A stretch of DNA of 64,000 bases from Clostridia bacterium (lineage in GTDB: Bacteria > Bacillota > Clostridia > UMGS1883 > UMGS1540), in contig JAFZQX010000034.1 of NCBI GenBank assembly GCA_017620205.1, forward strand, positions 14,506 to 78,505, in the 5' to 3' direction. Within the stretch, counting starts at the first letter, position 1, and each line of letters opens with the position of its first letter. Shown here piece after piece: positions 40,197 through 49,526 of this stretch. Position numbers and translations under genes: made by a program. The notes under the pieces are model-generated. The model was given only the letters and a program-made list of their open reading frames with translations, made no database searches and had not been told where the DNA came from.

Positions 40197-41990
40197 TTAT
40201 CTTTTAATGATCGCGCCGAACTTACATGTTTCCATACAAGCACCGCACTTAATACATTTGCTGCTGTCAATTGTAAACGGTGATTTGATTTCACCGGAGA
40301 TAGCGCCGACGGGACACTGTCTTGAGCAGAGCGAGCATCCTTTACACTTATCGGGCTGGATATAGTATTCAAGGAGCTTCTTACATACGCCTGCGGGACA
40401 TTTCTTGTCGCGAACGTGCGCTTCATATTCGTCTCTGAAATAACGGAGAGTACTTAAAACAGGGTTCGGAGCTGTCTGACCGAGACCGCAGAGAGCTGAA
40501 GACTTAATAGCCATGCAGAGCTCTTCGAGCTTGTCAAGGTCTTCCATTGTTCCGTTGCCTTCCGTAATCTTTGTGAGGATATCAAGAAGTCTTCTTGTAC
40601 CTACACGGCAGGGTGCGCACTTACCGCAGGACTCGTCAACCGTAAATTCGAGGAAGAATTTAGCGATATCAACCATACATGTGTCTTCGTCCATAACGAT
40701 AAGACCGCCGCTGCCCATCATGGAGCCTATAGCCATGAGTGAGTCATAATCGATAGGCGTATCGATAAGAGAAGCAGGAATACATCCGCCGGACGGTCCG
40801 CCTGTCTGAGCAGCTTTGAACTTTTTGCCGTTCGGGATGCCGCCGCCGATTTCTTCGATGATCTCGCGGAGCGTTGTTCCCATCGGAACTTCAACAAGAC
40901 CGGTGTTGTTGATCTTGCCGCCGAGTGCAAATACTTTTGTACCTCTTGATTTTTCAGTACCGATTGTGTTGAACCAATCAGCGCCGTTATTTATAATAGC
41001 TGTGATGTTAGCGTATGTTTCAACGTTATTTAAGATTGTGGGCTTGCCGAAAAGACCTTTGATAGCCGGGAACGGCGGACGCGGTCTGGGCTCGCCGCGC
41101 TTGCCTTCGATAGAAGTCATGAGCGCTGTTTCTTCACCGCAAACGAACGCACCTGCGCCGAGGCGGAGGTGAAGGTCAAAGCTAAAGTCCGTACCGAAAA
41201 TGTTTTTGCCGAGTAAACCGTAATCTCTTGCCTGGTCAATAGCTATCTGCAAACGCTGAACGGCAATAGGATACTCAGCTCTGATGTAGATAAAGCCTTC
41301 GTCCGAACCGATAGCGTAAGCTGCGATTGCCATAGCTTCTATTACGGAGTGCGGATCGCCTTCAAGAACGGAACGGTCCATGAATGCACCCGGGTCACCT
41401 TCGTCGGCGTTACAGCAAACATACTTTTTGTCGCCTACGGAAGCACGCGCGAAGCTCCATTTTCTGCCTGTCGGGAAGCCTGCGCCGCCACGGCCGCGGA
41501 GACCTGATTTTAAGATTTCATCAATAACGCCTTCAGGTGTCATTTCCGTTAAAACCTTGTGGAGAGCCTTATAACCGTCAACAGCTATGTACTCGTCAAT
41601 GTTTTCGGGGTTGATAACACCGCAGTTGCGAAGCGCTATACGCATCTGCTTTTTGTAGAAGTTAACTTCGTCAAGAGGTTTAACTTCCTTATCTGCTACA
41701 GTCTCATCATAGAGAAGACGTGTAACGATACGTCCCTTTAAGAGATGTTCGGAAACGATTTCCGCTACATCTTCGGGTTTAACTCTGCTGTAGAATGCAC
41801 CCTCGGGGTACACAACTACTACCGGACCCAAAGCGCAGAGACCAAAACAGCCTGTCTGAACAAGCTTTACTTCGTTTTCAAGTCCGTTTGCTTTGAGCTG
41901 TTCTTCAAATTCTTTTTGAATCTGCTTGGAACCGGATGATGTACAGCCTGTACCGCCGCAGACCAAAACGTGCGATCTGTATATGTTCAT
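40197..41990 (-). CDS. hndC: NuoF-like NAD(P)H/FMN subunit (HydB/HndC)
   Basis: GLRGRGGAGFPTG, NADEGDPG, GAGAFVCGEETAL, ESCGKC.PCR; C-terminal 2x4Fe-4S. Confidence 0.95.
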   Translation of the reverse strand: MNIYRSHVLVCGGTGCTSSGSKQIQKEFEEQLKANGLENEVKLVQTGCFGLCALGPVVVVYPEGAFYSRVKPEDVAEIVSEHLLKGRIVTRLLYDETVADKEVKPLDEVNFYKKQMRIALRNCGVINPENIDEYIAVDGYKALHKVLTEMTPEGVIDEILKSGLRGRGGAGFPTGRKWSFARASVGDKKYVCCNADEGDPGAFMDRSVLEGDPHSVIEAMAIAAYAIGSDEGFIYIRAEYPIAVQRLQIAIDQARDYGLLGKNIFGTDFSFDLHLRLGAGAFVCGEETALMTSIEGKRGEPRPRPPFPAIKGLFGKPTILNNVETYANITAIINNGADWFNTIGTEKSRGTKVFALGGKINNTGLVEVPMGTTLREIIEEIGGGIPNGKKFKAAQTGGPSGGCIPASLIDTPIDYDSLMAIGSMMGSGGLIVMDEDTCMVDIAKFFLEFTVDESCGKCAPCRVGTRRLLDILTKITEGNGTMEDLDKLEELCMAIKSSALCGLGQTAPNPVLSTLRYFRDEYEAHVRDKKCPAGVCKKLLEYYIQPDKCKGCSLCSRQCPVGAISGEIKSPFTIDSSKCIKCGACMETCKFGAIIKR

Positions 41991-42037
41991 AACTAACTCC
42001 TCCCATTCCGTGCCTTACGGCACCGAAATTTATTTAA

Positions 42038-42409
42038 TCATTCTGCGGCGCCTACTGTATATTCGACAACCGGATTATTGTTTACAATGTGTTCTGCAAC
42101 AACGCGTGCTGCTTTTTCCGGAGACATATGAACATATGTAACCTTGTCCTGTCCCGGTACCGTAACTTCAACGATGGGCTCGAGGCGGCACATGCCGATA
42201 CAGCCTGTCTGTGTAACAGTTACGTTTGAAAGACCTCTCTTAGCGATCTCTTCCGTGAAAGCGTTTAAAACGGGTCTTGCGCCTGCGGCAATACCGCATG
42301 TTGCCATGCCGACAACAACTCTGATACCTTCTTCGCGGTCTTTGCGAAGATTAACCTGGTTTAATGTTTTGTTGCGAATTTCAAGCAATTCTTCAAAGCT
42401 CTTTTTCAT
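42038..42409 (-). CDS. hndB: Thioredoxin-like 2Fe-2S subunit (HndB-like)
   Basis: VGMATCGIAAGA and QTGCIGMCRLEP motifs. Confidence 0.88.
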   Translation of the reverse strand: MKKSFEELLEIRNKTLNQVNLRKDREEGIRVVVGMATCGIAAGARPVLNAFTEEIAKRGLSNVTVTQTGCIGMCRLEPIVEVTVPGQDKVTYVHMSPEKAARVVAEHIVNNNPVVEYTVGAAE

Positions 42410-42565
42410 AAAACAACCATTCCTTTCCAAAATATAAATAAAATTTATTTTTTTATAACATAGGTAATTGCGCGCATACGTCCGCAATTAGCTTGTTTCA
42501 AAAAAGCGTTCCGCTTTGCCCCCCAAGATTGGGGGTAAGTGGGTTTATGTGTTCCTGACACTTTT

Positions 42566-43102
42566 TTAAATTTCAGACAAACCGTCTTTTATATATTCAC
42601 TTATCCACTGCAGAACTTCGGGAATATCAAGCGGCACGCCGCCTAAAGTCTCCCTTATTTCTTTCGTGTCTAAGACTAATTCTCCTTTATCCGTCGTATG
42701 GCGGTATAAAAAGTCTATCCGGGGCGCTCCGCCTATGGCAGTTGTCATGGTGGACGCCATGTCTCCGAGTGGCGCGCGGTCTATGCTGTCAAGTACGAAA
42801 TTCACTTTAAGCGTTGTACCTACGCCCTTTTCGGATTCTATCGAAAGCCCTCCGCCCGTCTGAACTGCGGCGGCTTCAAAAAGCGAAATGCCCATGCCCG
42901 TTTTCCTTGTTGTCCTTGTAGTTGTAAACGGGTCGCGCACACGTGCTAAAAACTCGGGGTCCATTCCGCACCCGTCGTCTTTTATAACGATCCTGAGCGC
43001 GTTTTCTTTTTCGCTTTCATTTATTAAAACCTCAATATTTTTGGCTTCCGCCTTTATTGAGTTTTGTACTATATCAAGAATATGCAGAGATAATTCTTTC
43101 AT
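42566..43102 (-). CDS. HATPase_c (histidine kinase-like ATPase)
   Basis: DIVQNS, DDGCGM, DPFTTTR..GMGI and GVGT boxes. Confidence 0.88.
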   Translation of the reverse strand: MKELSLHILDIVQNSIKAEAKNIEVLINESEKENALRIVIKDDGCGMDPEFLARVRDPFTTTRTTRKTGMGISLFEAAAVQTGGGLSIESEKGVGTTLKVNFVLDSIDRAPLGDMASTMTTAIGGAPRIDFLYRHTTDKGELVLDTKEIRETLGGVPLDIPEVLQWISEYIKDGLSEI

Positions 43103-43107
43103 GTTTT

Positions 43108-43803
43108 TTACCCTTTAAACAGATCTCTAATATCGTCAAAATCAAGGCATGCTTCTTTGGGTGAAATATCGGGAAGATAGTGTGCGTCGCTGTCACGGAG
43201 GATTTTATACTTTTTCAGCTCCGGACGGCTTTCCATATACGCGCCGGTATCCTCAACAAGCTTTGATATTTCAATATATCTTATATCAATATTATCGGGC
43301 ATAAAGCCGAGGTTTGTTAAAATGCTGTAGCTGTGCCTGTCAACATGCGCGGGAGCAAACAGCCCGCCCGCAGTTTTTACAAGGTCAAAAAGCGATTCTA
43401 TTGAAAGTGACGTTGCCGAAAGCAGCAGCTTATCCTCATATCCTATTATGTTATCTTCCTCGTCCATTATACGCTGCTCGCCGAAAATTTCGGGTTTGTT
43501 TTTTATATCGGGAAGCTTTTTATAAACCTCCGCCGCGGCATATTCGGCAGCTTCTATTGTAGGATAAAGAGTTAAGATATGAACTTCTTCTTCCGTTTCA
43601 ACTTCCATGCCCGGGATAACGGTTACGTCATACTCTTCGCCTACCTTCATTGCCGCGCGCACGTTTCCTACCGTATTGTGGTCGGTAACCGCTACGGCGT
43701 CAAGACCCGTAACCTTCGCCATGCCTACTATATTATTGGGCGTCATATCATTGTCGCCGCAGGGTGACAACGCCGAATGAATGTGAAAATCGTAATAAAT
43801 CAT
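43108..43803 (-). CDS. PHP family phosphoesterase
   Basis: DFHIHS, TDHN, AHVDR and SDAH motifs. Confidence 0.9.
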   Translation of the reverse strand: MIYYDFHIHSALSPCGDNDMTPNNIVGMAKVTGLDAVAVTDHNTVGNVRAAMKVGEEYDVTVIPGMEVETEEEVHILTLYPTIEAAEYAAAEVYKKLPDIKNKPEIFGEQRIMDEEDNIIGYEDKLLLSATSLSIESLFDLVKTAGGLFAPAHVDRHSYSILTNLGFMPDNIDIRYIEISKLVEDTGAYMESRPELKKYKILRDSDAHYLPDISPKEACLDFDDIRDLFKG

Positions 43804-44129
43804 AGCGCCTTTGAAATCAGGGAAGCGAGTTCATAGCTTGTTTTGCCGCTTGAGAAAATTATAATGCCCTGGCTGTCGGCCTTCTCCGCAACGCCCGCGT
43901 CGGGCTTTACGCCTTCCGCAAGGATTACGCATGCGACATCCGCAAGAGACGCAACTGCGGCAATGTTTACATTGCTCATAATTGTAATCCACGCGTCGCC
44001 CGCCTTTGCTCTGCCCATGACCCAGCTTAGCAAATCACCTATATAACAGCCGGTAATTTCTCTGTCCTCATAGTCTTTAGATGTCAAAACTTCAAGTCCG
44101 AGATCTTTCTGTAAATCGGAAACTTTCAT
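43800..44129 (-). CDS. DRTGG-like domain protein
   Basis: GDLLSWVM motif typical of hydrogenase-associated DRTGG proteins. Confidence 0.8.
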   Translation of the reverse strand: MKVSDLQKDLGLEVLTSKDYEDREITGCYIGDLLSWVMGRAKAGDAWITIMSNVNIAAVASLADVACVILAEGVKPDAGVAEKADSQGIIIFSSGKTSYELASLISKAL

Positions 44130-44130
44130 A

Positions 44131-45402
44131 TTAATCTCCTATATAATCTTTTTTCGCTTTTTCTTTCAAAAGCTCCAAAAGGCGCTCACGCATTTTAACG
44201 ATACAGTCTTCTTCTCTGCCGTAGCCTCTTACTATATCCTCCGCCTTCGCTCTGCAGGAGGGGGCGCCGCAAGCGCCGCAGTCAAGGCGCGGCATGTGTT
44301 CGTAAATCTTTTCTATTTCTTCCATCTTGCCCATGGCAACGGTGAAATCATCGTCAAGCCTCATGATGTAAACGGGCTCTAAATCCTTTTTCCACATCAT
44401 GTCGTCTATATCAAACTCGCCCAAGGGGTCAACGTCTTCATGCGCCACAATCATGTTTTCCATACGCGCAGCCGCAACAAACGGATTTTCAACGTTTAAC
44501 GGCCCGCCAACGCATCCGCCGGGGCAGGAGCTGAGCTCAATAAAATCAGCGTCAATATCCTTGCTCTCAAGCTGTTCCAAAACCTTAACGGCATTGTTTA
44601 CGCCGTCCGCGTGGATAACACGCGGCGAAGGAACGCCTGCGCACTCGCCGCCTTCGCGGCCCCATGAAATACCGTGAATACTTGCTCTTGCAAGCTTTTC
44701 GGGCTTATCAATCTTTTTTATCGCGGCTCTTATTTCCGCGTAAAGCTCGTTTACCGAGAACGCGCCGTTTATAACGGGCTCTGTCAGAAACATATATGTT
44801 CTGATGCTCGTCATCTTGGCCGGGCACGGCGTTACAAAGAACACGCCTATATCCCTGTCGGGAAGGCCTGTTTTTTCCGCAGCCTCGCGCCTTGCCATCT
44901 TTGCCGCTATCTCCATCGGCGATATAAGATTTACTATATTATCTATAAGGTCAGGGAACCTGACGCTTATAAGCCTGTTCATAACGGGGCAGGCAGAACT
45001 TATCGCGGGGTGGGGCAGTTTACCCTCCTCCATAAGCCGTGCTGTTGCCGCGGTTATATATTCCGCGCCTCTCGCGACCTCGTAAACATCGTCAAAGCCT
45101 ATTTTTTTAAGAGCCGTCAGAATAACGTTTACATCCGAAACGCCTTCAAACTGTCCGTAAAAAGAGGGCGGAACCAATATTACGTTGTGTTTGCAAACCT
45201 GTGTAAGCGTTCTGGGATCCGTAACGCTTATCTTTGCATGGTAAGGGCATACTCTGATGCACTCGCCGCAGTCAATACAGCGTTCTTTAATAATTCTCGC
45301 CTTCCCGTCACGCACACGGATTGCCTCTGTGGGACAGCCCTTAACACAGTTTGTACAGCCGTGACATTTATCTGAATCGAGCGCTACTGAATGAAAATAC
45401 AT
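44131..45402 (-). CDS. Putative sensory [FeFe]-hydrogenase (HydS, group D type)
   Basis: N-terminal 2x4Fe-4S; divergent H-cluster motifs SSACP, TPCPAK and ELSSCPGGCVGG; C-terminal CGACG..SC FeS domain. Confidence 0.8.
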   Translation of the reverse strand: MYFHSVALDSDKCHGCTNCVKGCPTEAIRVRDGKARIIKERCIDCGECIRVCPYHAKISVTDPRTLTQVCKHNVILVPPSFYGQFEGVSDVNVILTALKKIGFDDVYEVARGAEYITAATARLMEEGKLPHPAISSACPVMNRLISVRFPDLIDNIVNLISPMEIAAKMARREAAEKTGLPDRDIGVFFVTPCPAKMTSIRTYMFLTEPVINGAFSVNELYAEIRAAIKKIDKPEKLARASIHGISWGREGGECAGVPSPRVIHADGVNNAVKVLEQLESKDIDADFIELSSCPGGCVGGPLNVENPFVAAARMENMIVAHEDVDPLGEFDIDDMMWKKDLEPVYIMRLDDDFTVAMGKMEEIEKIYEHMPRLDCGACGAPSCRAKAEDIVRGYGREEDCIVKMRERLLELLKEKAKKDYIGD

Positions 45403-45448
45403 AACCTGCTCTCCTCTGCCGCGCAAAATATGGCGGTGCTGATGATTC

Positions 45449-45859
45449 TTATAACTTAATTGTAAGAATTACAGTTGTGCCTTTCCCCTCTGATGTTTCT
45501 ATCTGCATATCGTCTGTGTACTTCTTTATATTCGGAAGCCCCATGCCTGCACCAAAGCCAAGCTCCCTTATCTGATCCGTTGCAGTTGAATAACCTTCCT
45601 GCATAGCAAGATCGATATCTTTGATTCCCGGTCCGCTGTCTTTAAAAGTGATTACTACCCTGTCGGGCATAATCTCCGCATCGCACGTTCCGCCATGGCC
45701 GTGAATAATTGTGTTTATTTCGGCTTCATACATGGCAATTGAAACCTTGCGGATAACGTCCATCGGCACGCCGAGCTTTTTTAAAACAGTTTTAAAATCA
45801 CTTGACGCTTCGCCGCCGTTTGCAAAATCCGTACCGGAAATTTCATAATGCTTAATCAC
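45449..45859 (-). CDS. RsbT/anti-sigma-type Ser/Thr kinase
   Basis: YEAEIN, DSGPGI.DI..AMQEGYST and GAGMGLPN motifs. Confidence 0.85.
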   Translation of the reverse strand: MIKHYEISGTDFANGGEASSDFKTVLKKLGVPMDVIRKVSIAMYEAEINTIIHGHGGTCDAEIMPDRVVITFKDSGPGIKDIDLAMQEGYSTATDQIRELGFGAGMGLPNIKKYTDDMQIETSEGKGTTVILTIKL

Positions 45860-46212
45860 TTGTCTTTACCTCTGAGTCCCTTGTCATAGAGAATACCGCA
45901 AGCATTATACAGCGGCATTTCGGTTGCGATAAGCGCAATGCCGCGGTCTTTTGCAAGCTCTATAACATCGTCTGCGGGCACTTTGCCGCGCACAAAGCAC
46001 ACGGCCCTGATGTCCATCATTTCGGCGGTGCGAATTACCTGTTGATTTATAAGGCCCGATAAAAGGAGCGCCTGGTCTTTAACAAAAGCCAAAACATCGC
46101 TCATAAGATCACAGCCGCAAGCCATATGTATATCAATGGCAGAGAGCGCAGCTTCATCTTCACCTGTGAGGACCTTTGCATCTAAGATATTCCGAATATC
46201 TGATAAAAGCAT
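45856..46212 (-). CDS. DRTGG domain protein
   Basis: CDLMSDVL..VIRTAEMMD motif. Confidence 0.82.
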   Translation of the reverse strand: MLLSDIRNILDAKVLTGEDEAALSAIDIHMACGCDLMSDVLAFVKDQALLLSGLINQQVIRTAEMMDIRAVCFVRGKVPADDVIELAKDRGIALIATEMPLYNACGILYDKGLRGKDK

Positions 46213-46231
46213 ATTAATACCTCTTTAATTC

Positions 46232-46723
46232 TTAGGCGTATTTCTTGAGAATGCCTTCAACATCGTCAACAACGAGACGGCCGTAAACATCATCGTTTAC
46301 TGTCATAACCGGTGCGAGACCGCATGCGCCGATGCAGCGTGTTGCGTCGATTGAGAATTTGCCGTCGGGTGTGCATTCTCCAACATCAATACCGAGAATT
46401 TCTTTTACTTTTTCCAAAACCTTGTTGGATCCTTTAACATAGCAAGCAGTACCGAGACAAACGGCAATCTGATATTCGCCCTTCGGATTCAACGTAAATC
46501 TTGCGTAGAAAGTTGCAATTCCGTAGATTTCCGAAAGCGGAATATCAAGACCTTCTGCAATCATCTTCTGAACTTCAATCGGAAGATAACCGTAAATTTC
46601 CTGAGCTTCATGAAGCACGGGAATAGCGGCACCGTCCTGTCCTTTGTGCTCTTCAATTACTTTTGCAAGCTTTTCCGCCTGTTCGGGTGTACCTTTAAAC
46701 GGTAAAGTCGATTTGTGTTCCAT
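46232..46723 (-). CDS. hndA: NuoE-like 2Fe-2S subunit (HydC/HndA)
   Basis: VCLGTACYVKG and RCIGACGLAPV motifs. Confidence 0.93.
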   Translation of the reverse strand: MEHKSTLPFKGTPEQAEKLAKVIEEHKGQDGAAIPVLHEAQEIYGYLPIEVQKMIAEGLDIPLSEIYGIATFYARFTLNPKGEYQIAVCLGTACYVKGSNKVLEKVKEILGIDVGECTPDGKFSIDATRCIGACGLAPVMTVNDDVYGRLVVDDVEGILKKYA

Positions 46724-46749
46724 AGCTTTAACCTCCTATTTATAATGGA

Positions 46750-46767
46750 TTGATAATATTTTAACAA
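46750..46767 (-). promoter_or_regulatory. Rex operator
   Basis: TTGTTAAAATATTATCAA on the minus strand versus clostridial Rex consensus TTGTTAANNNNTTAACAA; one mismatch. Confidence 0.8.
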
Positions 46768-46792
46768 TCAATCGCCAATTTCACCATTCAAT

Positions 46793-46821
46793 ATTATATC
46801 AAGTATATCATAAAAAATCAA
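46793..46821 (-). promoter_or_regulatory. sigmaA promoter of hydrogenase operon
   Basis: TTGATT-17-TATAAT on the minus strand, just upstream of the Rex box. Confidence 0.7.
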
Positions 46822-46904
46822 GTGTTTTGTCGAAATAAATCTAATAATATTCGATATTTTTTCGCTTAATTTATCAGTCGTTTCCTCTCCTTCCAAAACT
46901 TTAC

Positions 46905-46942
46905 AAAAAACGGCAGGGATCTTGTGAAGCCCTGCCGTTTTT
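46905..46942 (-). terminator. Intrinsic terminator after argJ
   Basis: AAAAACGGCAGGG/CCCTGCCGTTTTT. Confidence 0.8.
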
Positions 46943-46964
46943 GCAAAAAATTAATCTGCACTTT

Positions 46965-48191
46965 TTAAGATCTATAGTCAGCGTTTATAGTAACATAATC
47001 AAATGTCAAATCACAACCCCATGCTGTAGCGGAAAAATCTCCGTCGTGAACGTCTATAACTGCAGTAACAGCGTCCGCGCCGAGTATTTCGGAAGCCACG
47101 TCCTCGCTGTACGAAGCTGCCATGCCGCCCGCAACCAGCTGAATTTCGCCTTTATCGCTTTTTATCGTAACGTCCGTTTTATCGGGCACAAAGTCACCGC
47201 CCGAGTAACCCAAAGCGCAAAGTATTCTGCCCCAGTTTGCGTCCTTGCCGAAAATTGCCGCTTTTGTAAGATTTGAGGATATTACGCTTCTTGCCAGAAT
47301 CCTTGCGTCCTCTTTCGTTTTTGCATTTAAAACGGTTGTTTCAAAAAGCCTTGTCGCGCCTTCGCCGTCCTCGGCTATACGCTTTGCGAGGTATTCGTTT
47401 ATAAAGTGAAGCGCTTTTTTAAACGTTTCAAAGTCTTCACCCTCCGCGGTTACGGGAGCGTTTTTTGCGCATCCGTTTGCAAGCACCATCAAAGTATCGT
47501 TTGTAGAGGTATCGCCGTCAACGGAAACCATGTTAAACGTATCCTTGACATCTTCTTTTAAAGCTTTTTTAAGAAGGTCTGCGGATATCGCCGCGTCCGT
47601 TGTGACAAACGCGAGCATCGTGCCCATGTTGGGATGAATCATTCCGCTGCCCTTGCACATGCCGCCCATGGTAACGCGCTTGCCGCCGAGCTCAAATTCA
47701 ACCGCAATTTCTTTTTTCTTTGTGTCCGTTGTCATTATAGCCTCAGCCGCCAGCGTGCCGCTTTCTATGTCGCTTTGAAGCTTTCCCGAAAGCTCTTTAA
47801 TTCCCTTTTCTATAACGTCCATCGGAAGCGGCGCGCCAATAACGCCGGTTGAAGCTACAAGCACTTCTTCTTTTGAAACGGAAAGAGCATCAGCCGCCAA
47901 AAGCGCGGTTGTCTCCGTGTCTTTTTTGCCTTGCTCGCCCGTGCAGGCGTTTGCTATTCCGCTGTTTATAACTATAGCGCGGACGGTGTTTCCTTTATCC
48001 GCAATTTCCTTGTCCCAAAGTACCGGCGCGGCTTTAACTTTATTTGTGGTAAACACAGCCGCGTAAGCAGCGGGAGTATCGCTCCATACCATCGCCATAT
48101 CTTTATTTGTTTTGCCGGGCTTAATCCCCGCGCGAAGCCCGAAGGCTTTAAAACCCTGCGCCGCCGTAACGCCGCCGTCTGTCTGTTTCAT
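46965..48191 (-). CDS. argJ: Glutamate N-acetyltransferase / ornithine acetyltransferase
   Basis: KGSGMIHPNMGTML, DGDTSTNDT, DGEGAT and WGCDLT motifs. Confidence 0.96.
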   Translation of the reverse strand: MKQTDGGVTAAQGFKAFGLRAGIKPGKTNKDMAMVWSDTPAAYAAVFTTNKVKAAPVLWDKEIADKGNTVRAIVINSGIANACTGEQGKKDTETTALLAADALSVSKEEVLVASTGVIGAPLPMDVIEKGIKELSGKLQSDIESGTLAAEAIMTTDTKKKEIAVEFELGGKRVTMGGMCKGSGMIHPNMGTMLAFVTTDAAISADLLKKALKEDVKDTFNMVSVDGDTSTNDTLMVLANGCAKNAPVTAEGEDFETFKKALHFINEYLAKRIAEDGEGATRLFETTVLNAKTKEDARILARSVISSNLTKAAIFGKDANWGRILCALGYSGGDFVPDKTDVTIKSDKGEIQLVAGGMAASYSEDVASEILGADAVTAVIDVHDGDFSATAWGCDLTFDYVTINADYRS

Positions 48192-49463
48192 TTAATCCAC
48201 GTCCTTTTTAATCTTTTTCCAATAATCTTCCGTCGCCTTTTCGAATTTGTTATCGCCGGATTCGTAGTATATTTTATCTTTAATAGCATCGGGCAGATAC
48301 TGCTGTTTTACATAATGATTTTTATAGCTGTGCGCGTATTTATAGCCTTCGCCGTGACCGAGCTTTTCAGCGCCGCTATAGTGCGAATCTTTAAGGTGCT
48401 CGGGAACGTCGCCCGTGTTGCCGCTTTGAACATCCGAGAGTGCCGACCATATTGCCATTGCCGCGGAGTTTGACTTGGGCGCTGTGGCAAGCAAAATAAC
48501 AGCTTCCGAAAGCGGCAGAGCAGCTTCCGGCAAACCCACCTGAAACGCGCTGTCAACGCAAGCTTTAACTATTGCTATCGCCTGCGGATACGCAAGGCCT
48601 ATATCCTCCGCCGCCATAACGACAAGTCTGCGGCAAACAGACTGCAAGTCTCCGCCCTCGCAAAGCCTTGCAAGGTAATGAACTGCCGCCTGCGGATCGC
48701 TCCCTCTTATTGACTTTTGAAAAGCGCTCAAAACGTCATAATGGCTGTCGCCGTCGCGGTCATAGCGCATAGCGCGCTTGCCGCTGCAGGAGAGCACCGT
48801 CTCTTCCGTAACTTTTATAACGCCCTTTTTATCGGCGGGCGTGCTTAGTACCGAAACTTCAAGCGTGTTTATTGCTTTTCTTACATCGCCGCCCGATGAA
48901 AGCGCGATATGCTTTATGGCGTCGTCCGCGATTTTAACTTTTATGCCGTCCTCTTTATAAAAATCCAGCGCGCGTAAAAGCGCCTTTTCTATTCCTGCGG
49001 GCTCAACTTCGCGAAACTCAAACACCGTACAACGCGAAAGTATTGCGTTGTAAATATAAAAATACGGATTCTCCGTCGTACTCGCTATAAGCGTTATGTT
49101 CCCGTTTTCTATAAACTCCAAAAGCGACTGCTGCTGTTTTTTATTGAAATTCTGTATCTCGTCAAGATACAGTAAAATGCCGTTTTGCGTATCAAAGCCG
49201 CCTAAATCGCCGGTTATGGCTTTTATATCCGAAACGGACGCGTTTGTTGCGTTCAGCTTATAAAGCTTTCTGCCGCACGATAGCGCCGCTATGTTTGCGA
49301 CAGTTGTTTTTCCCGTTCCCGAAGGGCCGTAAAAAATCATATTTGGGATATTGCCGCCCTCTATTATTCTTTTTAAAACGCCGTTTTCGCCCAAAAGATG
49401 CTCCTGACCGAAAACGGAGGAAAGCTCAGAAGGTCTGAGCCTGTCAGCTAAAGGTTTGTCCAT
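48192..49463 (-). CDS. rarA: Replication-associated recombination protein A (MgsA/RarA)
   Basis: PLADRLRP, GPSGTGKTT, TTENPYF, SAFQKSIRGSD and EDIGLA motifs. Confidence 0.95.
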   Translation of the reverse strand: MDKPLADRLRPSELSSVFGQEHLLGENGVLKRIIEGGNIPNMIFYGPSGTGKTTVANIAALSCGRKLYKLNATNASVSDIKAITGDLGGFDTQNGILLYLDEIQNFNKKQQQSLLEFIENGNITLIASTTENPYFYIYNAILSRCTVFEFREVEPAGIEKALLRALDFYKEDGIKVKIADDAIKHIALSSGGDVRKAINTLEVSVLSTPADKKGVIKVTEETVLSCSGKRAMRYDRDGDSHYDVLSAFQKSIRGSDPQAAVHYLARLCEGGDLQSVCRRLVVMAAEDIGLAYPQAIAIVKACVDSAFQVGLPEAALPLSEAVILLATAPKSNSAAMAIWSALSDVQSGNTGDVPEHLKDSHYSGAEKLGHGEGYKYAHSYKNHYVKQQYLPDAIKDKIYYESGDNKFEKATEDYWKKIKKDVD

Positions 49464-49526
49464 GATTATTCTCCCAACAAAAGACACAAAGGGCTGTAAA
49501 AATTAATTTACAGCCCATGATCTTTC

